The position numbers and the translations under genes were made by a program. DNA of 49,629 nt, taken from the IMG/VR virus record IMGVR_UViG_3300005288_000005, positions 1-49,629 of that record; one strand, 5' to 3'. Positions 40,963 through 49,574 of this stretch are shown in pieces; the first letter of the stretch is position 1; every line of letters begins with the position of its first letter. Source of the stretch: a virus. The notes below the pieces were generated by a model, which had not been told where the DNA came from, did not search any database, and worked only from the letters and a program-made list of their open reading frames with translations.

Positions 40963-42604
40963 TAAGCTGCTCGACTGGGAGGATATGAATTTCGCTGACC
41001 GCCTGATACTCAAGCAGAAGTCAGAGAAGTCATTCCTTAACTTCACTCGCATCTGGTTTGAGCTGCTACAAGGCGATCGACTGCTTGTGAACTGGCATCA
41101 CAAGATGATGGCAGCGTCGATTGATGACCTGATCAACGGCAAGCTCAAGCCTGGAAACCTTATCGTCAACATTCCACCGGGCGGCACGAAGACAGAGTTT
41201 TTCTCTATCCACTTGCCGGCCTACATCAACACAAAGGTTCAGTCCAAGAAGCTGCGCAGATTCCGAAACCTGAACGTTTCCTACGCTGACTCGCTCGTTC
41301 GTCGTAACTCCAGACGCACACGGGACATTATTGCGTCTAAGGAATATCAGGAGTTGTGGCCGTCTGTCTTTGGTGTTAACCAGGCGGAAGAGTGGGAGCT
41401 GATCGACGACAAAGGGCGCTCAGTAGGGCAGACCATTAGCAAGTCCGCTGGTGGTCAGATCACGGGCGGTCGTGCTGGCTACTTCGGGCCGGAGTTCTCT
41501 GGCTGCCTGCTCTTTGATGATTTGAATAAGCCTGACGACATGCTCTCGAATACGAAGCGTGACGCCAGCAATGCGCGACTGACTGGCACGTTCCGGTCTC
41601 GTCGTGGTGACAAGTCGAAAGAACACCCTACGCCTATCGTCTCCATCCAGCAGCGGCTGCATACGTTCGACGCTACCGGCTTCATGATGGCTGGCGGCAT
41701 GGGTGTCGAGTTCAAGAATATAGCCATCCCCGCGCTGGTTACAGAGGACTACATCGCCACTCTGCCTGAGCCCTATCGGCAAATGTGCTGGGATACGGTA
41801 AAGGATACTGATTCAGTCGAGAAGGGAGGCGTTCGTTACTGGTCATATTGGCCGGAAATGGAACACGTCAACGACCTCATGTCGCTTTGGGAGCGAGATG
41901 AGTACACGTTCATGTCTCAGTACATGCAGAGACCTCAAGCGCTTACTGGCGGCCTGCTGGACTCGGCATGGCTGCAACGATACGAGCAGTTGCCGCAAAT
42001 GCAGTGGCGAGCCGTGTACGCGGATACGGCTCAGAAGAAAGGCGAGCAGAACGACTATTCGGTGTTTGAGCTGTGGGGGCTTGGCGTCGATAACAACGCC
42101 TACCTGATCGACGTTAGGCGCGGCAAGTGGGATGCCGACGAACTGATCACGACTGCTCAGAACGCATGGGCTGAATGGTCGTCGTGGGATCTTGCGCATA
42201 TCAGGCACATGGCTATTGAGGACAAGGCTAGCGGCACCGGCCTGATTCAAACGCTGACCAACAAGAAGCATATCCCGATCAAGGCTATCCCTCGCGGGCC
42301 TGACAACAACAAGGTATCGCGATGCCTGGATATTCAGAGTTACGTCAAGAATGGGCGTGTGTTCGTTCCGGCCATCTTGAATGAAGAAGGCTATCCGATC
42401 TTGCGCACTACGGATCACACTGGGAAGCAGATAGCCAAGACTGATTGGGTGCTGCCTTTCCTGGCAGAAGTGGCCGATTTCAGCGCTGATGACTCGCACA
42501 AGCACGATGACCAACTCGATCCCCTCTTTGATGCTGTAGCGGAAATGCTGATTGAGCAACAGGCTACAGGCGGCATTCTCCTGCCTCGCAGACTCAGGAG
42601 GTAA
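40949..42604 (+). CDS. terL: Terminase large subunit
   Basis: 551 aa. Walker A-like PPGGTKT and Walker B-like CLLFDD. C-terminal nuclease-sized domain. Confidence 0.85.
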   Translation: MTSTNKLLDWEDMNFADRLILKQKSEKSFLNFTRIWFELLQGDRLLVNWHHKMMAASIDDLINGKLKPGNLIVNIPPGGTKTEFFSIHLPAYINTKVQSKKLRRFRNLNVSYADSLVRRNSRRTRDIIASKEYQELWPSVFGVNQAEEWELIDDKGRSVGQTISKSAGGQITGGRAGYFGPEFSGCLLFDDLNKPDDMLSNTKRDASNARLTGTFRSRRGDKSKEHPTPIVSIQQRLHTFDATGFMMAGGMGVEFKNIAIPALVTEDYIATLPEPYRQMCWDTVKDTDSVEKGGVRYWSYWPEMEHVNDLMSLWERDEYTFMSQYMQRPQALTGGLLDSAWLQRYEQLPQMQWRAVYADTAQKKGEQNDYSVFELWGLGVDNNAYLIDVRRGKWDADELITTAQNAWAEWSSWDLAHIRHMAIEDKASGTGLIQTLTNKKHIPIKAIPRGPDNNKVSRCLDIQSYVKNGRVFVPAILNEEGYPILRTTDHTGKQIAKTDWVLPFLAEVADFSADDSHKHDDQLDPLFDAVAEMLIEQQATGGILLPRRLRR

Positions 42605-42606
42605 CG

Positions 42607-42620
42607 ATTCTCCGGAGAAC
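42607..42620. repeat. 14-bp palindrome family copy (ATTCTCCGGAGAAC)
   Basis: Starts 3 nt after the terL stop. 16 of 17 nt are identical to 19839..19855. Confidence 0.75.
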
Positions 42621-42629
42621 ACTAGACAT

Positions 42630-42657
42630 GAGCCGAATCCCGCGCTATATTCGGCTC
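42630..42657 (+). other. Stable 9-bp hairpin without a T-tract
   Basis: GAGCCGAAT-N10-ATTCGGCTC. Confidence 0.45.
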
Positions 42658-42680
42658 ACAACTGAAACGGAGGGTGGAAA

Positions 42681-42971
42681 GTGGCTACTGAAAAAGAGAA
42701 GGCGCTGGTGAATGAGATCGCGAGCCTAGCAATGGAAATTGGTGACGGCGACTACAATGTATGCGTTGACTATCACGGCCATATTCACGCCGTTGACGTT
42801 CGGATTGCGCTGAAAGGTTCAAGTGACTGGGTTTACTACGCCGACACTTGCTACCTAAGCGGGCGGTGCGATGTGTTCACGGAGAAGAAATCAATTCCTG
42901 AGCTCAAGAAAATGCTGGCTCAGGTAAAGAAGCACCACAAATCATTCGACGCGGACGGGGTTAAGTTATGA
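42681..42971 (+). CDS. Hypothetical 96-aa protein
   Basis: GTG with a GGAGGGTGG SD. Confidence 0.65.
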   Translation: MATEKEKALVNEIASLAMEIGDGDYNVCVDYHGHIHAVDVRIALKGSSDWVYYADTCYLSGRCDVFTEKKSIPELKKMLAQVKKHHKSFDADGVKL

Positions 42972-43471
42972 GAATCATTCCGGAGGGCGCAACGCATCAA
43001 TGGTCTGCCAATGGCTTATTTGCTAAGCAATGCCCTGGCGAAACTTGGGCTATCTGGCAGAACAACCAATGGCTTTGGATTGGCGACGATTTCAGTGGCG
43101 AAATGATCGAGCGCCAAAAACAGCCGAAAGCGTGGTCAGGCCCGGAAGATGGGTTGCCGCCGGTTGGAATGACTGTGCAAGTGTGGGATAAAGAGCCGCA
43201 CAAGTTTTACGCTAAGCACGTAGGCAAGAGTGTATCAATCCTTGCTCACAGGATTGGCAGCTACGGTGAAGAGGTGGCTGTTTATTGCGTAAAGGCTGAC
43301 GATGGCACTGACGAATATCATGCACTGGTTGAAAACTGCTTCCGTCCAATCCAGTCCGAGCCTGACGCACGCGAAACCGCCATCCGCGAACTAATGGACA
43401 TCGCACAAGTAGATTGCCGCGTGACTGCTGCTCGGTTGGTTGATGCTGGGTTTAAGCGGGAGGGGGTGTGA
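42968..43471 (+). CDS. Hypothetical 167-aa protein (N-terminal PEGATH / Trp-rich segment)
   Basis: ATGA coupling. Confidence 0.65.
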   Translation: MRIIPEGATHQWSANGLFAKQCPGETWAIWQNNQWLWIGDDFSGEMIERQKQPKAWSGPEDGLPPVGMTVQVWDKEPHKFYAKHVGKSVSILAHRIGSYGEEVAVYCVKADDGTDEYHALVENCFRPIQSEPDARETAIRELMDIAQVDCRVTAARLVDAGFKREGV

Positions 43472-43824
43472 TGGGTATTTATCTGAATGACTGGGCTGAA
43501 AGCGGTATTGAAGGAATGATGGCTGACTTCAATATCAGCGAATCAGATCTCGAAGGCGCGGAAATCCTGCTTGCTGATTACACATACGAGGATTACGAAG
43601 GTAGCGCGTTCGTTCTATTTGTGCGAGACGGCAAGCTGTACGAGGTAAATGCCGGTCATTGCTCGTGCTACGGTCTTTCCGAGCAAGATTACAGTGGAGA
43701 TACAACTACACAATTCCAGCCAGAAGAAACAACTAAGGAAGCGATCATTAAGCGTATAGGCCATTACTATTTTGATGGGTGCCGCGATGAACTGATCAAG
43801 ACTCTTGATTCTCTATCCTCATAA
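43471..43824 (+). CDS. Hypothetical acidic 117-aa protein
   Basis: ATG right after GTG 43468, with a GGGAGGGGG SD. DGKLYEVNAGHCSCYG motif. Confidence 0.65.
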   Translation: MGIYLNDWAESGIEGMMADFNISESDLEGAEILLADYTYEDYEGSAFVLFVRDGKLYEVNAGHCSCYGLSEQDYSGDTTTQFQPEETTKEAIIKRIGHYYFDGCRDELIKTLDSLSS

Positions 43825-43834
43825 GCAGTAAAAC

Positions 43835-43867
43835 AAAAGGCCCTCTAAACAAGGGCCTTTCTTTTTG
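43835..43867. terminator. Bidirectional intrinsic terminator
   Basis: AAGGCCCT-ctaaaca-AGGGCCTT-TCTTTTT, with an A-rich 5' flank. Confidence 0.8.
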
Positions 43868-43903
43868 TGCTAGAGAGTGTCCTTTGTCCTGGGACTAGGG
43901 ACG

Positions 43904-44806
43904 CTAGCCTAGCTTTCTCTTGGCTCGCTCTATGATTGCTGGCGAAAGTGGATTGCCTTTCTCATCAACCAATATTTCCACGGTCGAGCACTTGCAGTTG
44001 ATCATGTTCGGCGTAATTGCCCACCAGTCTCTCTCTTCCTGAATACTGTAAATCTTTGAGTGCCGTGCTCGATGGCTGGGACGGGTCGAGGGTGACAGTG
44101 CAGAAATATGCATTAAGCGCGAGTTAATCCCCAAGCTAGTCTGCGCATCTTGCGCCTCATCCATGCGTGCCTGTCGAAACGCATTCGTAACTTCAGTCCG
44201 CGCAATCCTCTCAGCGCGAGACTTATTCACCCCTGTACGCGCCTGAATATCCTTTGCGATCACTCGTGGATTCTGGCCGGCGATCATTCCTCGCGTTAAC
44301 GTCTGCGCAAGATCCGATTTTAGCGTGCCGGCAAATCCCTGCATTAGCTCGAACTCGCGAGCAGCTAGCAGACTGATCCGCTTGCGATACGGCGGACTGA
44401 ATATGATCGCGTCAAGACTCGGCCTGCTCAATGCATACAGCTCGCTTTGAACTGTCAGGTTGGCTGCCGTCATAGCCGTACCCTGAACATAGGATGGCTC
44501 CACGTACGAGCGGAGGCTCCAAAGTTCTTGCTCCCCACCCTCCAGAATGATCAGATTAATGATCCTCTCAATCTCGGAACTAATGCCAGCCAGGATCGCC
44601 TGGTCAAGCTCGAATTGATACGTTGTAGCATTTACCTCAAGCGCATTCAGAGTCACTACCGTGTAATTCTGTTCGCCGAGGATGCGCAGGACTTCTTTGC
44701 CAATCGCAGTGACTCGGCGGTCGAAGTCTTTCATGAATTTTCTTTCGCGTGCGTCTTGGCCGGTCGGGTCTGAAAGAGAGCGGGGAAGCACGGGCGAGCC
44801 GGCCAT
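43904..44806 (-). CDS. Head morphogenesis protein, Mu F / SPP1 gp7-like
   Basis: ATG at 44806 with an AAGGA SD (the track uses TTG 44854). C-terminal RPSHRARHSKIY...NCKCS motif. Confidence 0.75.
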   Translation of the reverse strand: MAGSPVLPRSLSDPTGQDARERKFMKDFDRRVTAIGKEVLRILGEQNYTVVTLNALEVNATTYQFELDQAILAGISSEIERIINLIILEGGEQELWSLRSYVEPSYVQGTAMTAANLTVQSELYALSRPSLDAIIFSPPYRKRISLLAAREFELMQGFAGTLKSDLAQTLTRGMIAGQNPRVIAKDIQARTGVNKSRAERIARTEVTNAFRQARMDEAQDAQTSLGINSRLMHISALSPSTRPSHRARHSKIYSIQEERDWWAITPNMINCKCSTVEILVDEKGNPLSPAIIERAKRKLG

Positions 44807-44815
44807 AAATAATCC

Positions 44816-44845
44816 TTGCGCTATTCGTTGGGCTTGGGGTAGATT
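44816..44845 (+). promoter_or_regulatory. Candidate promoter TTGCGC-N18-TAGATT
   Basis: Lies in the 62-bp gap between divergent genes. Confidence 0.35.
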
Positions 44846-44868
44846 GTACGCCAAACAGGAGGGATGAA

Positions 44869-45276
44869 ATGCTTAAAGATCGGCTCAGAAAGCAGGTAAT
44901 GGAGTGGTGCGATAAGGCGTATCCGAAGAAGCTGGAGATATTCCGAGATGATCGGTTCAGGCCATTATTCAATAATCGCTGTCAGATGAATTCGTCGGCA
45001 CTGGTCGCGCAAGGTGATAGTGTCGCCATTGTCGAATGCGTGATCATCAATGATGACGACTGCACGCTTCACTATATAAATCTTGACGATCAAGGCCGGT
45101 ACTTCGACGCAACGCTCGGGCATGAATATCTGAAATGCGATTATCGGCTGATCAGGATTTATAGAGAGCTGCCGATGTTCTCAGGCGACCACTTGACAGC
45201 AGAGAAGAGGCGCATCTGTCTTGAGGCACTAGGAAAATGGAAGTACAAGCTGAATGATCCGCTAGACATGCTGTAA
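44869..45276 (+). CDS. Hypothetical 135-aa protein between the MuF-like and portal genes
   Basis: AGGAGGG SD. Followed by a bidirectional terminator. Confidence 0.7.
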   Translation: MLKDRLRKQVMEWCDKAYPKKLEIFRDDRFRPLFNNRCQMNSSALVAQGDSVAIVECVIINDDDCTLHYINLDDQGRYFDATLGHEYLKCDYRLIRIYRELPMFSGDHLTAEKRRICLEALGKWKYKLNDPLDML

Positions 45277-45308
45277 AAACAAAGCCCCAATCAAGGGGCT
45301 TTTTTTAT
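45277..45308. terminator. Bidirectional intrinsic terminator
   Basis: AAAGCCCC-aatcaa-GGGGCTTT-TTTTATT. Confidence 0.85.
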
Positions 45309-46675
45309 TGCGCTGGATTCGCCGGATCAGGTGGCGGCGCCACATCAGGCAGCGGCGGCAACTCTACATCGTTGTCATAGCCACCAACCTCGCGCATCTC
45401 TTCAGCAGTAAACACTGGCTGACCACTAGACAGCATTTTCGCGTTCACGTCAGCCATCTTCTGGACAATCGACATCTTCTCATCCTTGCTAGCCTCAGTC
45501 AGATCATCCCAGCAAACCGAGAACTCGACAGTCAGCAGGACACCCAGGCGCATCAGATGATCAACGAAAGTCTCGATATCCGAAGACAGCACGCTAACCC
45601 GGCGACCTTGGCAGCGCTTGTTAAACGTCTTCTGGTCCTCAGTCGATGCACGTTCTCCAGTTTGATTGCCAACAATGATCTTGGAGGGAATACGGATAGA
45701 GGCGCAGAAGGATTGCAGCGATACATCGAAGGCCGGCACTGGATCAGGAACATTCGCCACCAAAGGAGTTACAGACGCGCCCTTAGTGATTACCGTCTGG
45801 TCCTGCCCACGGTTCATGCCGCGTGTTACTTCGTCAAAGATCTCCTGAAGCTCTCCAGTGGCTACCCCGTGTGCGCGGGCGATGGCGTCTAGATCCACTT
45901 CCTTGTCGAAGTTGATCGCCAATTGACGGCTGGCATTCTTCAGGAACGATTCGCCAGAGCCACCTAGAACCTTCTCCATGTTCACGCAGTCATTGAAGCC
46001 TGCCTTCAGGAATGGAATGCCGTTGCGCATGTCGCCGATTACGACAACTCGATCAGGGTGGACGGTAACAATTCGGCCGGGTTCAGCGGTGAAGTTGTCA
46101 TTCAGGGCATTTTCGGAGTAGATGAACTCCTTTGGCTGCCCAAAGTTTGCGGCTAGCGGATCATCGAACCATGCCGAAACGCGAATTTGCGCTTCCCATG
46201 CAGGAATAAGATTAATCAACTGCTGCTCGGAGGCGCGAACAACCGGCTGATCCCACTGCTTAGAATCCTTGAATTGCAGCAGAATGCACGAATAACGCCC
46301 AACCAAGCGGCGCATATCGGCATCGCGGAACTTCTCCCACAGTTTCAGGCGCTTGGCTAGCTTCTTGAATTGTTTCTCCCAAGGAGTCGGAGCTTCTGCC
46401 CGATCTTCTTCGTCGCCCTCGATGACTTCGGGATCACTGGACCAGCAATGCTCGTTAAGCGTCATCACTGCGCCGTGAGCAATGCCGCCGCGCTCGAACA
46501 GGCGATAGTAGTCATTGAAGCACAGAGCGTCCTTGTAGCCGTAGCTGCACCAGGCATCAGGCCGCTTGTTATCAATCCCACCACTCAGCAGCGACTGGCG
46601 ACTTGCAACAGCCTGCCGCTCGCTCAGTGCCGAGTTAAGCGCCAAATCTAAAGCAGGCGTGCGTTTCACAGTCAT
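45305..46675 (-). CDS. Portal protein (DUF1073-like)
   Basis: About 456 aa. ATG at 46675 with GGAG 8 nt upstream (alternative ATG at 46702). Pro-rich C-terminus. Neighbours the MuF-like gene. Confidence 0.7.
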   Translation of the reverse strand: MTVKRTPALDLALNSALSERQAVASRQSLLSGGIDNKRPDAWCSYGYKDALCFNDYYRLFERGGIAHGAVMTLNEHCWSSDPEVIEGDEEDRAEAPTPWEKQFKKLAKRLKLWEKFRDADMRRLVGRYSCILLQFKDSKQWDQPVVRASEQQLINLIPAWEAQIRVSAWFDDPLAANFGQPKEFIYSENALNDNFTAEPGRIVTVHPDRVVVIGDMRNGIPFLKAGFNDCVNMEKVLGGSGESFLKNASRQLAINFDKEVDLDAIARAHGVATGELQEIFDEVTRGMNRGQDQTVITKGASVTPLVANVPDPVPAFDVSLQSFCASIRIPSKIIVGNQTGERASTEDQKTFNKRCQGRRVSVLSSDIETFVDHLMRLGVLLTVEFSVCWDDLTEASKDEKMSIVQKMADVNAKMLSSGQPVFTAEEMREVGGYDNDVELPPLPDVAPPPDPANPAQ

Positions 46676-46709
46676 AAAATGGACTCCATAAATTATTTCC
46701 ATTATACCC

Positions 46710-46738
46710 TTGCTTGTGCGGTGCGGTTGGGCTAAGGT
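46710..46738 (+). promoter_or_regulatory. Candidate promoter TTGCTT-N17-TAAGGT
   Basis: Lies in the divergent gap. A minus-strand TATAAT sits at 46701..46706. Confidence 0.35.
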
Positions 46739-46767
46739 TTGTGGACTTTAAATGGGGGTAAGCAGCA

Positions 46768-47109
46768 ATGAATCTAAAGATGAGTGGCGGCAAGATTACG
46801 ATTGATGGTCGCGATTTCGTTGGTCGCAGCATTTCGATCAATGGCAATAAGGTTGTGGTTGATGGCGTGACTCAGGACGGCGAGCTTGTCGGAGACATAT
46901 CCATTGTTGTGCATGGCTCTTGTGAGTCGCTGGAAAACACTAGCGGCGACGTAACCATTAACGGCACATGCGGAAATGCCAAGACTGTCAGCGGCAGCAT
47001 TCACTGCCTAGACGTAACTGGTTCTGCACAGACAGTCTCTGGCGATATCAAGTGCGGCGCTATTGGTGGCAGCGTTAAAACTGTTTCTGGCGACATCAAG
47101 CATCGCTGA
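46768..47109 (+). CDS. Beta-helix repeat protein, bactofilin-like (113 aa)
   Basis: A roughly 16-aa unit xKTVSGxIxCxxxxGS is repeated three times at the C-terminus. Confidence 0.6.
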   Translation: MNLKMSGGKITIDGRDFVGRSISINGNKVVVDGVTQDGELVGDISIVVHGSCESLENTSGDVTINGTCGNAKTVSGSIHCLDVTGSAQTVSGDIKCGAIGGSVKTVSGDIKHR

Positions 47110-47137
47110 TTCTTACTTTAAATTGAGGGTGGTTAGG

Positions 47138-48082
47138 ATGAAATTGGTTGAATTGTTGGCGACTGAGATTGCCGAATGGCATGAAAAATCGAAATATGCT
47201 ATGCAGGACGCTGACGGAAATATTTATTTTGTTAAAGCCGGCGAGCCAAAATGGAAAGAAGAATGGGGCCAGTGGGCTATCGGTGCAGCATCAATCTCTA
47301 TGAATTATGATCAGGCGCGATATGGCGAGAATCTCAGCGTATCGGATGACTTCAAGGAAACAAAAGTTACCCGCGCCCAATGGCAAGCCGAACGCGACCG
47401 TCAGAAGGGTGGCGAGTGGAAGCGGCATCGAGGGGGCAAGCAGCCGGTAGCGGATGATGTGCGCGTAGAGGTAAAGTTGCGCGATGGAGACACCCAAGAA
47501 GCAAAGGCGTGCGCATTCTTGTGGAATCATTCTGACTGCGACACCTACGCCAACATCATGCAATACCGAGTAATCAGCCAGCCACAAGCGGAGGAGGTAG
47601 AGTATCGCGGGCCATTTCCTTGCGCGCCAATTGGTGAGGCTGTAAACGCAATCGAATACGACATCGAATTCCCATCAGGAGTATTTACCTTGGAAGCCAA
47701 GACCGACCAAATCGACGGCCCGATCAAGTGGCGGGATACAATCAACGAACTAGACGCCTACATCGAGGAATTCACCCGTGAGCGTGAGGCGCTGATTAAC
47801 CGTCTTGCTATGGAAGGGTTTGCGCTGCTTCCGGCTATAGCTGCGGTTATGGGTATTTCTGATGTGCGCGTGGTAGGCGTTGAAGACTATCGCAAGTGGG
47901 AGTCAGGCGATCTTGTTACGTGCAAGGTCGACTATAATCGGCAATTTACAAAAGTTCGCCAATATACAGTGACTTCTGTAGGCGAGACCCTTGGTTGCGG
48001 TCGAGTCAGTGTCTTATTTGACGATAAAGGCGCCGCAAACGGCTGGCTTGCTAATCAGTTCGAATTCCACAGCCGCCCATAA
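47138..48082 (+). CDS. Hypothetical 314-aa protein
   Basis: ATG with a GAGGGTGG SD. Internal start of the 339-aa track ORF. Confidence 0.7.
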   Translation: MKLVELLATEIAEWHEKSKYAMQDADGNIYFVKAGEPKWKEEWGQWAIGAASISMNYDQARYGENLSVSDDFKETKVTRAQWQAERDRQKGGEWKRHRGGKQPVADDVRVEVKLRDGDTQEAKACAFLWNHSDCDTYANIMQYRVISQPQAEEVEYRGPFPCAPIGEAVNAIEYDIEFPSGVFTLEAKTDQIDGPIKWRDTINELDAYIEEFTREREALINRLAMEGFALLPAIAAVMGISDVRVVGVEDYRKWESGDLVTCKVDYNRQFTKVRQYTVTSVGETLGCGRVSVLFDDKGAANGWLANQFEFHSRP

Positions 48083-48099
48083 CCCATCCATCCACACAA

Positions 48100-48128
48100 A
48101 AGACCCTGCTTCGGCGGGGTTTCTTTTG
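48100..48128 (+). terminator. Intrinsic terminator
   Basis: ACCCTGC-ttcg-GCGGGGT-TTCTTTT. Confidence 0.8.
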
Positions 48129-48132
48129 CCCG

Positions 48133-48141
48133 TGATAAACT
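48133..48141 (+). promoter_or_regulatory. Candidate extended -10 promoter TGaTAAACT (late-class variant)
   Basis: Directly after the terminator and upstream of the head protease/scaffold unit. Confidence 0.4.
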
Positions 48142-48167
48142 ATCGGCTATCTATTGGAGGCTTGCAT

Positions 48168-48248
48168 ATGCTTGAAGAATACGAAGGCTTTATTATCGGT
48201 GTCGGCGAAGGCATCGGCGCTGAAGAAATTAGCGTCGAGACTATCTAA
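48168..48248 (+). CDS. Possible 26-aa acidic peptide
   Basis: TGGAGG SD. The stop abuts the ATG at 48249. Very short. Confidence 0.3.
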   Translation: MLEEYEGFIIGVGEGIGAEEISVETI

Positions 48249-49574
48249 ATGAAAAAGACTCGTGTAAATATCCTGTCGGCGGTTAACGCTGACTCGATCA
48301 AGATTGAGCGCACGGAGGTGGCCGGAGAGAAGTACGCGGTTATCAAGAATGTGCTGTGGATGAAGGACAACATTGTTTTAAACGATGGCCTGTACTCTTC
48401 GTCTGAGAATGCCAAGGGTTATGCCTCAATGGATGGCCGCGTCATGCCATTCGGTCATCCGGAAGTCAACGGCCAATACGTCGCTATCAGCTCGCTAGAC
48501 AGCGCGGATGTTGCTGTAGCACTAGGAAAGCACTACGGTGGCGTACACGCTCAGAACGTGCGACAGGCTGGCGAAGAGTACTTCGCTGACGTGATGATCA
48601 ACGAGCGAGTTGCCAAGTCCCATCCAGATGGCGAAATGCTGCTTAACTGGGTTGGAAAGGCTGAGGATTATCAGGTTAACGGTGCAGCTAAGCCAGATCC
48701 GGTGCATATGTCTACCGGCCTGATGACTGCTCGCGTCAATGCTAAAGGCGAGTCTCGCGGCAAGTCGTATAGCTGGATCGCCACTCAGCAGTCCTATGAC
48801 CACCTGGCAATCCTGTTCCACGAGCAAGGCGCTGGAGGTGATGAGGTTGCAATCGCGGTTAACTGCGAGTCGGTGATTAACTCTGTGCTGCCAACCGTCA
48901 ACGAAGACGCCCTAGACGACTCATACGGCGAGAAACTTGCCATCTTGAGCGAGGCAGTAAAAGAGCGATTCGCAACATCTGACTCTTACGCATACGTGCA
49001 AGACTTCGATGATCGAGCGCTTGTGTACTGCACTCCAGAAGGCATGTATTCAATCGACTACCACTTTGAAGGCGACAATCCGATTCTAACTGGCGAGGCT
49101 CGTACAGTAGTTGCGGAAACGTCTTATAAGGTGAAAACCAATACGCTCATGGCCAACTTAAAGGCCATGGTACAATTGTTCAGTACCAAACCTAAACCGC
49201 CTGTACAGGCAAATGTAATTGAGGAAGTAGATATGACTCCTGAAGCAGTTCAGGCCATCGTAGACAAAGCGCTTGAGGCTACTAATGCTTCCCTCGCTAC
49301 TGTGCAGGCCGAAAACGTAAAACTCAAGGCAGATGTGTTGGCTGCAAATGCCGCCATTACTGCCAATGCCGAAGCCGGCCTGAAAGACAAGCGCGCCGCA
49401 GTAGCCAAAGTGCATGGCGAAGTAGTTGCTAATGCGCTGAATGGCGAAGCTCTGGAAGCAATGTTCGCTAGCGTTCAAACCGCTGCCGGCCTCGTATCTG
49501 GCGCACCAGCAACCAACGTAAAAGACGAGTTCGAAGGCTACAGCCTGAACTCCGCTGATCAGGAGGCCAAATAA
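48249..49574 (+). CDS. Prohead protease/scaffold-like protein (DUF2213-like by recollection)
   Basis: 441 aa. Ala-rich coiled-coil C-terminal third. Immediately upstream of the small head protein and capsid genes across the junction. Confidence 0.6.
   Translation: MKKTRVNILSAVNADSIKIERTEVAGEKYAVIKNVLWMKDNIVLNDGLYSSSENAKGYASMDGRVMPFGHPEVNGQYVAISSLDSADVAVALGKHYGGVHAQNVRQAGEEYFADVMINERVAKSHPDGEMLLNWVGKAEDYQVNGAAKPDPVHMSTGLMTARVNAKGESRGKSYSWIATQQSYDHLAILFHEQGAGGDEVAIAVNCESVINSVLPTVNEDALDDSYGEKLAILSEAVKERFATSDSYAYVQDFDDRALVYCTPEGMYSIDYHFEGDNPILTGEARTVVAETSYKVKTNTLMANLKAMVQLFSTKPKPPVQANVIEEVDMTPEAVQAIVDKALEATNASLATVQAENVKLKADVLAANAAITANAEAGLKDKRAAVAKVHGEVVANALNGEALEAMFASVQTAAGLVSGAPATNVKDEFEGYSLNSADQEAK

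Noticed and set aside
42628-42711. 27-codon ORF (MSRIPRYIRLTTETEGGKWLLKKRRRW) downstream of the terL-proximal palindrome
   Set aside because: The SD spacing of about 10 nt is poor. It also overlaps the better-supported 42681 gene in another frame. I kept it only as a caveat to the palindrome/coupling hypothesis.
46981-47109. 48-nt tandem repeats, considered as a non-coding repeat array
   Set aside because: They are in frame within a well-supported ORF and encode a repeating beta-strand unit.
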